Of a stretch of DNA of 64,000 nt, positions 50,920-59,586 are shown in pieces. The translations under genes were made by a program, and so were the position numbers. The notes under the pieces are model-generated. The model had not been told where the DNA came from and ran no database searches. It was given only the letters and a program-made list of their open reading frames with translations. The stretch's first letter is position 1. Every line of letters begins with the position of its first letter. This DNA comes from Candidatus Hydrogenedens sp. (GTDB taxonomy: Bacteria; Hydrogenedentota; Hydrogenedentia; Hydrogenedentales; Hydrogenedentaceae), in contig JBMFRC010000006.1 in NCBI GenBank assembly GCA_049968235.1, positions 107,866-171,865 on the forward strand. Direction: 5' to 3'.

Positions 50920-51597
50920 TTAACTTGCTAATCCTAATTTTTCATCGAGATATTCAATACAACCTTGTGGGTCTGGGGAATAGGCATCTGCACCTATTTT
51001 ATTGCAAAAGTCTTGTGTCAATGGTGCTCCTCCTACTACTATGGTAACATCAGGAACTTCCGATTTCAGGACTTTAACTGCTTTCTCCATGTTAATCATT
51101 GTAGTTGTTAACAGGGCACTCATTCCGACAACAGCACCCGGATTTTCTTTTAATACTTGAAGGAATTTTTCAGGGGAAGTATCAACGCCCAAATCTATAA
51201 CTTTCCAGCCAGCACCTTCCATCATCATTCGAACAAGATTTTTACCTATATCGTGTAAATCCCCCTGAACTGTTCCTATAATAAAAATTCCTTTATGTTT
51301 TGCTTCGCCCCGTTCAAAAGCACTTTTTAAAAAGGGCATACCCGCATTCATTGCTCGCGCTGACATTAAAACATCCGGAACAAACACTTCATTACAACTA
51401 AACTTTTTACCAATAACACTCATACCTTTCATCAAGCCATCACTTAATATTTGACTTGCAGGTATTCCCATTGCAAGTGCTTGTTGAACTAATTCTTCTG
51501 CTCCATCCTGTCCTTTTAAGTCAGGTGGATAAGGAGAATTTTTGTTAATTTTCCCTCTTTCAACGCAAGTTGCAATTTGTTCCAAAATATTTTCCAT
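50920..51597 (-). CDS. cobalamin-binding corrinoid protein (B12-binding_2 cap + B12-binding Rossmann domain)
   Basis: GTVQGDLHDIGKNLV (DxHxxG), then ...GAVVGMSALLTTT and VVGGAPL, typical of MetH-like and methyltransferase corrinoid proteins. Confidence 0.75.
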   Translation of the reverse strand: MENILEQIATCVERGKINKNSPYPPDLKGQDGAEELVQQALAMGIPASQILSDGLMKGMSVIGKKFSCNEVFVPDVLMSARAMNAGMPFLKSAFERGEAKHKGIFIIGTVQGDLHDIGKNLVRMMMEGAGWKVIDLGVDTSPEKFLQVLKENPGAVVGMSALLTTTMINMEKAVKVLKSEVPDVTIVVGGAPLTQDFCNKIGADAYSPDPQGCIEYLDEKLGLAS

Positions 51598-51660
51598 AGT
51601 TATTTCCTTCTCTTGTTTATAAACCTTTGTTAGATAAACTCTCTTTTAATTATTAATAAA

Positions 51661-51984
51661 TTAAGAAATCCTTTTCCAATTGTGACCCCCGCCTTTTTTA
51701 CATGGGACATTGCCATAAGGGCTATCCTTTGACCTTATTAGTAAGCCACATTTACTACATTGATAATTTCTATCTCCGACTTCACCCAAACAACGCCAGG
51801 AATGTCCACCGCCTGCATTATAACTTCCCATCATGGGTTGATTTACTGATTCTATATGCGTCCCACATTTGGGGCAATAATAGTTTTTTAGGGATTTTAC
51901 TTCGGCTAATGTGGAATGAGTAAGAAGAAATAGAAAAAGAATTAAACACATTATAGTTATGAGAAAATATATTTTTCGTTTCAT
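51661..51984 (-). CDS. small secreted protein with a duplicated CxxCG...GGGHxW module
   Basis: Signal peptide. YYCPKCGTHIES...GGGHSWRC and YQCSKCGLLIRS...GGGHNWKR form an internal duplication. Confidence 0.4.
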   Translation of the reverse strand: MKRKIYFLITIMCLILFLFLLTHSTLAEVKSLKNYYCPKCGTHIESVNQPMMGSYNAGGGHSWRCLGEVGDRNYQCSKCGLLIRSKDSPYGNVPCKKGGGHNWKRIS

Positions 51985-52090
51985 AATAAATCTCCTTTCC
52001 AGATTGTTATATTTTCTATAATAACATAGTTAATATATAAAAATGATATAATTCCTCCGTTCAAATCAAATTCAATCTTTAAGTATTAGC

Positions 52091-53275
52091 ATGAATATTC
52101 CAGTACAAGAAAATAAAAAAGAGATTTCTAACCTATCCTTATTTCAACTTTGTTGGGAATTTTTGAAAATAGGGACAATTGGTTTTGGTGGGGGCTGGGT
52201 AGTAATTTCACTAATTCATAATAGTTTTGTAAAACAAAAAAGACTTATCAGTGATGAAGAGTTTGCCATAGGAATTGGTCTCAGTCAATTTTTAGGGGCT
52301 TTCGCTGTAAATACAACTTCATTTGTTGGTAGAAAATTGAAGGGGATAAAGGGTTCTATTTTATCTACATTTTTCTTTTTGCTTCCTTCCTTTGTAATCG
52401 TCTGCATTCTTACAGGATTTTATTTCAGATTCAATAAAACATTTGATTTTGGGAATATATTAAAAGGCATTTCTCCTGTTATTATCGCACTTATGCTTTC
52501 TACTGCATTTGATTTATCTATTAAGATTAAGAAGGACATTGTATTTATACTCATTCTGGGTTTTGTAATTATCGGTGGGCTATTTAATATAAATTATGTG
52601 ATATTACTTATTGCTTCTGGTTTCTTTCAAGTATTATCTATCTATACAAAAAGAGATAGAACAGATAAGAATCTCTCCCATTCTTTTTATTTTATACAGT
52701 ATCCTTTTAATTTCCTTTCAGGTGTTTCCGTTTCCTTTTCAATTATAGGAGTGAATTCTTTTTTTACCGTAGGTCTGGTGTTTTTGGGAATAGGTTTTAT
52801 CTTTTTTGGAGGTGGGTATTCACTTCTTCCACTACTTCAAAATATTTTTGTAAATAAACTTCATTGGATTTCAAATCACGATTTTATCGTAGGAATAGTG
52901 ATCAGTCAGGCGACACCAGGTCCATTTGCAATAATTGCGACTTTTATGGGGTATTATTTAAAAGGTGTTATGGGTGCTTTTATCGCAACTTTCATGATAT
53001 TTTTACCTGCATTTGTTTTCTTACAAATACTTATTGGTCTGCAAAATAACTTTAAGGATAACGAAAATGTTCAGGCTTTTATAAAAGGTATTAATATTGC
53101 CACAATAGGACAATTACTACTTTTATCTTATCACTTTTTTATTGAAATATTAACCCCTTTTTCTATCCCTTTGATTATTTTCCTAATCATTAGTTTTGTT
53201 TTGTTCTTTATTTACAAAATGCCCTCTCTTCTTCTTATTGTGGTAGGAATTATTTATGGACTTCTTTTTATCTAA
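52091..53275 (+). CDS. chrA: chromate transporter (CHR) family protein
   Basis: Two homologous halves carrying GFGGGWVV and FGGGYSLLPLL motifs. Confidence 0.8.
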   Translation: MNIPVQENKKEISNLSLFQLCWEFLKIGTIGFGGGWVVISLIHNSFVKQKRLISDEEFAIGIGLSQFLGAFAVNTTSFVGRKLKGIKGSILSTFFFLLPSFVIVCILTGFYFRFNKTFDFGNILKGISPVIIALMLSTAFDLSIKIKKDIVFILILGFVIIGGLFNINYVILLIASGFFQVLSIYTKRDRTDKNLSHSFYFIQYPFNFLSGVSVSFSIIGVNSFFTVGLVFLGIGFIFFGGGYSLLPLLQNIFVNKLHWISNHDFIVGIVISQATPGPFAIIATFMGYYLKGVMGAFIATFMIFLPAFVFLQILIGLQNNFKDNENVQAFIKGINIATIGQLLLLSYHFFIEILTPFSIPLIIFLIISFVLFFIYKMPSLLLIVVGIIYGLLFI

Positions 53276-53281
53276 TAGAAA

Positions 53282-54772
53282 TTATTTCAAAATCTTACGA
53301 CCTTCTGAAGACTTAATACCGGAAATAATTCGCTCAAAGGCTTCTTCATTGGAGCAGGCACTCATTGCTTCCTCTTTCGTTACTAATCCTTTTTGATATA
53401 ATTCCACAGCATATTGGTCGAAACTCTTCATATCACCATCCACCTCCATTATCCCATGAAGTTTATCAAGATCACCTTCAAGAATAGCCTCACGAACAAT
53501 AGGTTTACCACCTAATAATATTTCGAGACATGGAATTCTGCCACCACCAACTCGTTTCAATAACCTCTGGCACACCACTCCCTGAAGCGAATACGCTAAT
53601 TCCTGTCGGATTAAATCACGCTCATTCTGTGGGAAATAACTGATGATACGATTGACAGTATCTACCGCTGTCGTTGTATGGAGGGTACTAAAAACGAGGT
53701 GTCCTGTTTCTGCTGCACTTAATCCTGCGCGAATGGTATCTCTATCACGCATTTCACCTACGAGAATTACATCGGGGTCTTCACGCAAGGAACCACGCAA
53801 AGCATTGGCAAAGGATAAGGTATCTCTACCTACCTGCCGTTGAGAAACAATACTCTTTTTATCGGAATATACATATTCAATAGGGTCTTCAATAGTTATT
53901 ATATTAGCGGAACGAGTTGCATTTATGTAATCTACCATTGCTGCTAATGTTGTAGATTTACCGCTTCCTGTGATACCACATACAAGGAATAGTCCTCTCT
54001 GTTTATTGCATACATCACGAACCACTTCCGGGATATTTAATTTTTCAAATGGTAACGGTTCTTCAGGAATCAAACGTATAGCCAGTGCGGGGGCACCCAT
54101 TTTTATATAACCGCTACAACGAAGATAACCTACCCCTGCTGCGTGATACTGGAAACTTGTCTCGCGTTCTGTGAAGAGCATATCAACCTGGTCTTGACCC
54201 CCCAATTGATATAACAAGTCTTTCATATCCTCTGCATTTAACGGAGGCAAATCTAACGGTGCAAGGTCGTTATCTACACGAATATAAGGCTTGGCTCCGG
54301 CTCTCAAATGCAAATCTGAGGCATTTTTGGCTCTCATCATTTCTATCATCACATTGATGTTAAAACCTGTATTCACATAGGAAAGCACTTCTAATTGCCA
54401 TGTGCGAGAACGAAGTGATGATTTGCTATATTTTTCTATGACATCATCGATAGGTAGAAGAAGCGGTAATTGCTTCCAGTTAAATCCGGGAACTAAAACT
54501 TTGCATAAGCCATCTTCACATCGGGAACGAATACCTATCCGGGTATCATCAAATGCCTTATTTATTTCATTATGATTTATAGATTCTTTGGTTGCAAATG
54601 TAATTTGCATCGAATCTACCTTCTTACTCAAATCGTTAGACTTGGCAATAAGACTACATCCATCCGTAGTAATTTTTACCTCAGATGGGACACCTGTTGC
54701 CCGGATTACTTCATGAAGCCCGATTCTCAAAATATCCACGATAGTTGATTTAGATTGACTACCTATAAACAT
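53282..54772 (-). CDS. pilT: PilT-family type IV pilus retraction ATPase with an N-terminal extension of about 150 aa
   Basis: Walker A GITGSGKSTT. Asp/His boxes and the PilT core begin near residue 150. Confidence 0.75.
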   Translation of the reverse strand: MFIGSQSKSTIVDILRIGLHEVIRATGVPSEVKITTDGCSLIAKSNDLSKKVDSMQITFATKESINHNEINKAFDDTRIGIRSRCEDGLCKVLVPGFNWKQLPLLLPIDDVIEKYSKSSLRSRTWQLEVLSYVNTGFNINVMIEMMRAKNASDLHLRAGAKPYIRVDNDLAPLDLPPLNAEDMKDLLYQLGGQDQVDMLFTERETSFQYHAAGVGYLRCSGYIKMGAPALAIRLIPEEPLPFEKLNIPEVVRDVCNKQRGLFLVCGITGSGKSTTLAAMVDYINATRSANIITIEDPIEYVYSDKKSIVSQRQVGRDTLSFANALRGSLREDPDVILVGEMRDRDTIRAGLSAAETGHLVFSTLHTTTAVDTVNRIISYFPQNERDLIRQELAYSLQGVVCQRLLKRVGGGRIPCLEILLGGKPIVREAILEGDLDKLHGIMEVDGDMKSFDQYAVELYQKGLVTKEEAMSACSNEEAFERIISGIKSSEGRKILK

Positions 54773-54888
54773 AAATAATGCCCTTTATTAAGCCCGTTAT
54801 TTTTGGTATTAAATTATATAAAATCTATAAATATTGAAAATGTTAACATAATATAATAAAATTTCTAATCAAAAGTCAATATTTTTAT

Positions 54889-55977
54889 CTATAGTTTTTC
54901 AAAAATTTTTCTTATTTTTTCATCAATAATTCCGATTTCAAGTTCATGTGTTCTTGTTTCACCCGCCTTTAGATAGTCCATTTTCCCTCTTTTTTCTGTT
55001 TCATCCCTTCCTAAAACGCCTGCATTGCAGGGTTCTAAGCCAATCACATATTCGCCTGTGCCTAACATTTTCCATTGGACTAATTGGGGTAATTGTAATT
55101 TCTTATATTTAATATAAACACCATAGAAATTAGGTTCGAGTTCTGGTTTCGCATGATAAATACCTATCACCACTTTTCCATTTTTCTGTGTTTTGACATC
55201 GTGAAAATATACACGTTCCTGATAGTTTTCAGCAGGGGGCGTTATCTCATACCAGGCATCTTTTCCCTGTTTTGCTATTTTATCTCTGGGGACAGTTTTT
55301 TGGGCAGGGATACAAACCTTTGCACCTTTACAAACAACAGGCCAGCCGATATTGCAATGATATAACATCATGAAGGGTGTTTTACGAAAGCCTTCGTTTG
55401 TTATGGTATCCGTAATCGTAAAAGAATTGGCTCCTAAATATGTTTCTATCTTTCTTTCTACAACAATATTTTCAGCAAAAAGAGCGGTTTGTCTCATCTT
55501 ACCTTTTATAGATAGAAAATATTTTCCGTTTATCCACTTTTTTTCAATGCAAACATCTTCTGCGGGTATATTGCTTATTCTACCATGCAATCCATCGCCT
55601 GTTAATTCACTTTTTTCACATGGGGGACCAACATTGGTTACACCACAGGTGGTTAAAAGACCACCGAAATAACTTCGTAACCAGCGAATACCTTCGGGCT
55701 CGTAATAAAATGGGGCAACATCTCCCGGTGTAGAACGCCACCCTAACGGAATACCTTTATAACTTGCATGGGAAATATCCATACAACGGTCTAAATAGAC
55801 AGAAAACTCCAAACCGGAACCGTTATATACAAATGCAGACCGTGATGGAAATGCCCTGCCATCTTGAAGTATGGCTGTCTGGATACCTGCAATCTGGTCT
55901 ATCTGACCTGCATATTTTTTTATTTCCATTGGAAATAATTCATACCAATTTTTTGTCATTCTTGATTTTTCTTTCAT
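54889..55977 (-). CDS. hypothetical protein (possibly sugar-epimerase-like/DUF4432-like)
   Basis: 362 aa, no clear motif. 3-nt gap from the upstream dehydrogenase gene. Confidence 0.4.
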   Translation of the reverse strand: MKEKSRMTKNWYELFPMEIKKYAGQIDQIAGIQTAILQDGRAFPSRSAFVYNGSGLEFSVYLDRCMDISHASYKGIPLGWRSTPGDVAPFYYEPEGIRWLRSYFGGLLTTCGVTNVGPPCEKSELTGDGLHGRISNIPAEDVCIEKKWINGKYFLSIKGKMRQTALFAENIVVERKIETYLGANSFTITDTITNEGFRKTPFMMLYHCNIGWPVVCKGAKVCIPAQKTVPRDKIAKQGKDAWYEITPPAENYQERVYFHDVKTQKNGKVVIGIYHAKPELEPNFYGVYIKYKKLQLPQLVQWKMLGTGEYVIGLEPCNAGVLGRDETEKRGKMDYLKAGETRTHELEIGIIDEKIRKIFEKL

Positions 55978-55980
55978 ACC

Positions 55981-56952
55981 TTACCCTTTCGTATTTTGGA
56001 AATCCATTAATACTTTCAGGCAATCGTTGTGTTGAGCAATCTCAAAGGCTTTTATGGCATCAACAAAAGCGAATTTATGGCTTATCATATATTCTACTTC
56101 TACTTTCTTTTCCGCTAATGCTTTCAAGGCAGGGGCAAATGGACCGCATCGAGAACCGATAATACTAATTTCATTTACAACCAATTTAGAAAGATTTAGG
56201 GTATTCAGTTTTTCTGTGGTGCTTTTCATAATTAATGTCCCCTGAGGTCGTAATATATCTAAGGCAAAGGATTGGGCAGTAGGATTCCCTGTGGCATCTA
56301 TTACGACATCTATATTCTTATCTTTCCAATAGTCAAATAAACATGTATCAATTCCAAGTATATTTAATAAATACAATTTTGTGGAGTGTTTTCCTACACA
56401 TACCAGCCTTCGGACATAGGGATTTATCACTTGAGAAATAATTTGACCCATTCGACCATCACCCAAAACAACGACAAAATCATCCGGATTAAATTGGACT
56501 TGTTCAAGAATGCGATAACACGCTGCGACAGGCTCTGTAAATACGGCAATTTCATTCGGAATATCATCCGGAACAATGTGTAAATTTTTTTCAGGAAGTG
56601 TGGTATATTCAGCAAAGACTCCATTTCTATTATATATCCCGAGCACAGTTCGGTTCAGACAATGGTTCGACATACCTTGCAGGCAGAATGCACAACGATA
56701 GCATGGACAATTTATCTCTCCAACAGCCCGTTTACCAATCAGATTTTTATTCTCTGCTTCAATAACTTCACCTACAAACTCATGCCCTAAAATCCCCTTA
56801 AAATCCATGTAGCCTTTCACAATCTCCAAATCCGTCTTGCATATCCCTGCCATGCATACTCGAATTAACACTTCTCCCTCTTTCGGAACAGGTATCTCTG
56901 TTTCCTTTATACACAAATTCCGCCCATCAAAGCAAAGTGATTTCATTTTCAT
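55981..56952 (-). CDS. Zn-dependent medium-chain alcohol/polyol dehydrogenase
   Basis: CMAGICKTDLE...GHEFVGEV catalytic-Zn motif. Structural-Zn Cys cluster CPCYRCAFC. Rossmann VLGDGRMG. Confidence 0.8.
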   Translation of the reverse strand: MKMKSLCFDGRNLCIKETEIPVPKEGEVLIRVCMAGICKTDLEIVKGYMDFKGILGHEFVGEVIEAENKNLIGKRAVGEINCPCYRCAFCLQGMSNHCLNRTVLGIYNRNGVFAEYTTLPEKNLHIVPDDIPNEIAVFTEPVAACYRILEQVQFNPDDFVVVLGDGRMGQIISQVINPYVRRLVCVGKHSTKLYLLNILGIDTCLFDYWKDKNIDVVIDATGNPTAQSFALDILRPQGTLIMKSTTEKLNTLNLSKLVVNEISIIGSRCGPFAPALKALAEKKVEVEYMISHKFAFVDAIKAFEIAQHNDCLKVLMDFQNTKG

Positions 56953-57407
56953 AGTATAAGACCTTTGAATAAGTCATACGAGTTAGATGATATAAATTAT
57001 ATACGAGTATGGAGGTGAGGGAAAAAATGAAACGAGAAGAGAAGGAAGTGATTGCTATAAATATAGTAGAAGTATTGCGGGTTGAATAACAAAGCAAGGA
57101 AAAACTGTAAATGGGAAAAGGTCCACGCAATATGGTAAAAAAGATAGAGCAAACAAGTTTCAAAGATTACGAAATGTCCCATCAGAAACCGACCCATCAT
57201 AGATGCTTTTTGAGACAGATGCAAGAGGTGATACCATGGAAGGAACTTTGAGTAGAAGTGTATTTAGAGAAGAGCATACAAAGCGAACCGGGGGATAGCG
57301 GAAACTTCCGTCTTTACTATTTTATGAATTGTTAAACTGTATGCGATGATTTCTCTATATTCTCTTTGCAAGTAATTTGAATAATGGCGATAGCACGACT
57401 TTTTTCT

Positions 57408-57491
57408 CCGTGTTTCTCTGTGTTCTCTGTGGTGATTATATTTCTTTTCATCATGGAGGACTCGGAGAATTACAGAGGACACAGAGAGAGG
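57408..57491. repeat. imperfect inverted repeat (about 16/17 bp arms: TTCTCTGTGTTCTCTG / CAGAGGACACAGAGAGA) separated by about 40 bp
   Basis: Seen by eye inside an ORF-poor 1.1-kb stretch. Confidence 0.35.
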
Positions 57492-58045
57492 AGCATATCA
57501 TTTCTTGTTAATGACAAAATATAAAAGGAAGCCAAAGGAGAGTTCTGCATAGATAACAAAAAGATAGAAAAACGGACAGAAAATAGTAAATAAAATAAAT
57601 CAAAAGAGATACAGACTTTTGTTTTTTAATTTTTTATCGGGATTTTATCTCGTAAAAAACATGTATAATTTATACCATCGACTTATACACGAATTATTCA
57701 GAGGCTCATTTAGCAAATGACATGCGGATAAAAAATAAAAGGGAATCTTAATCTTATTAGTATTAATGTTTCTACAAAATTTTTTCTCTATGTCCAAAAC
57801 ATAAATCTAATTGTGAAGGCAATATCCTGAAGGCTGTTCCATGGTTATGGGTTCTACCATCCGCATATTGTCCGATTCTTATATCTATTAGAATTGTTCC
57901 CTTCCTTAGTAAACAAACAAAATTTTTTAAAGAAAATCCATTTAAAAACCATGCTTCATTAAACCAGAATTCCTCATTAGCCCCCTACCCCGAGAATCTG
58001 CATTAACATATAGTAATTTAGGCATTTTTCTATCAAATGACTTTT

Positions 58046-58477
58046 TTAAAATGTCCTTGTCCCAATATCCAATAATTTCATTTTGTCCGTTACTAAATTT
58101 ATTTTATATCTTTTTATAACAATCTTAAAACCAGGTTTCCCCTTTAACATATTAATTTTTTTAGCAGAAATAGTGCTATGCAATTCTTTTTTGCCAGTTT
58201 TATGGATAGATTTATAACCAAATTTTTTCAATAATGTATCATTTGCTTTAGGAGGTAATGGAGATTTAGTAAATAAAGTAAGCATACTACTCGTATTTTT
58301 TCTTACAGATTTTAATTCAATATTGTGCAAATTGGGACCGGAAATATTATTTTCTTCTATACCTAAAAGGTCTTCTAATGTTTTACCGATGCCTGTACTA
58401 CCTGCTCTGTGGGTTTTAATATAACCCATATCTTTTATTTCTTTTAATCTCTTAAGTAGAGAACTATAACCCTTCAT
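58046..58477 (-). pseudogene. truncated MvaI/BcnI-like type II restriction endonuclease (N-terminal 143 aa only)
   Basis: THRAGSTGIGKTLEDLLGIEENNISGPNLHNIELKS resembles the N-terminal motif of MvaI/BcnI-family enzymes. The ORF is roughly half the expected length. Confidence 0.4.
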
Positions 58478-58548
58478 AATCTCCAGAAATCGAGTATATA
58501 TTCGAAAGTTGTACTTAGTGTTATATAATTACTTGGGAAACCGAATAT

Positions 58549-58779
58549 TCATACTTTCTTTACTAAATTTCTTTTATCCCAAATAATAATATTTCTTAAT
58601 TCGTAACCAATCCCTTCTAATGCTTCTATAATATAGGCATGAGTTGGATACCTATGATTATCTTCCCATAAATCATTAACATTAATAACACAATGAGCTT
58701 TAGGCTTTAACAATGGTGGTATTTTTTTATAAATTTCCGTCAATGATTTAATATATTCTTTCATCTGCATAGTACCCAA
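58549..58779 (-). pseudogene. fragment of an N4/N6 DNA methyltransferase (N6_N4_Mtase family)
   Basis: 76 aa, TTG-initiated fragment. YIIEALEGIGYELRNIIIWDK matches the conserved ..iiW.K segment of N4-C/N6-A methyltransferases. There is no DPPY or SAM-binding part in frame. Confidence 0.4.
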
Positions 58780-58922
58780 ATCTCGAGGATTGTCAGAATA
58801 TTGTTGAATCTTAAATTATGTAGAAATAAACTATTTTATTTAAGTAGTAAAACAATTTCTCTCCTCCCTTTTGAATCTTAAAAGGTAAAATTTTCGCCAC
58901 AATGTAGTAATAGTTTTCCAAC

Positions 58923-59015
58923 TGGCGGAGAGAGTGGGATTCGAACCCACGGTGCCGGGTAAACCGGCACAACGGCTTTCGAGGCCGCCGCCTTCAACCA
59001 CTCGGCCATCTCTCC
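58923..59015 (-). tRNA. tRNA-Ser (anticodon CGA)
   Basis: Reverse complement reads GGAGAGATGGCCGAGTGGTTGAAGGCGGCGGCCTCGAAAGCCGTTGTGCCGGTTTACCCGGCACCGTGGGTTCGAATCCCACTCTCTCCGCCA. Long variable arm, anticodon loop CTCGAAA, T-loop GTTCGAATC, 3' CCA encoded. Confidence 0.9.
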
Positions 59016-59329
59016 GTTGGGATATTATCCCTTTTTTATACTACATTTCAGAGATTTAATTCAAAAACTTTGATTGATTTTATTGGAAACTTTTAAGTAA
59101 TAAAAATTAAATTTTCTATTCATTACCATAGTTTTGTAAGATAAATCAAGCAGGGGGCATTAAGTTCAAAACAGGACAATACTTATTCTTTTATTTTGTT
59201 TCAAAATCAAACACACAAATTATATAATATATAAGTTACTGTTAAATATATATTTACAACATTTACATTGTTTGGCATAATGATTGCTTTATTAAAACCA
59301 GTGAAAACATTAAGATAAGGAGTTTAAAT

Positions 59330-59524
59330 GTGACAATAGAACGGTATTTGCGACTTATTGCAGGGAGTTTTGTGTTACTCAGTGTGGCTCTTGCCTATTT
59401 ACATAGTCCTTACTGGCTATTATTCACTGCTTTTGTTGGGTTAAATCTTTTTCAATCAGGTATTACTAACTGGTGTCCTATGGTTTGGATATTGGAAAAA
59501 TTAGGTGTACCTCATCAAAAATAA
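59330..59524 (+). CDS. DUF2892 (YgaP-C-terminal-like) small inner-membrane protein
   Basis: 64 aa, two TM helices. RYLRLIAG...GLNLFQSGITNWCPM pattern. Confidence 0.55.
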   Translation: MTIERYLRLIAGSFVLLSVALAYLHSPYWLLFTAFVGLNLFQSGITNWCPMVWILEKLGVPHQK

Positions 59525-59586
59525 TTGAAAGATAATAAACTTTTTGTTATCATTATATAAATCAAAAAGATAAAAAGGAGCATGTT

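Noticed and set aside
57264-57482. 72-aa minus-strand ORF (MSSVILRVLHDEKKYNHHREHRETRRKK...)
   Set aside because: It sits across the inverted repeat in ORF-poor DNA, with low-complexity basic composition and no RBS. It is probably spurious.
58780-58900. Extension of the methyltransferase fragment upstream to recover DPPY/SAM-binding motifs
   Set aside because: An in-frame stop lies 12 codons upstream of the TTG start, and no DPPY-like motif appears in that frame. It is treated as a decayed gene.
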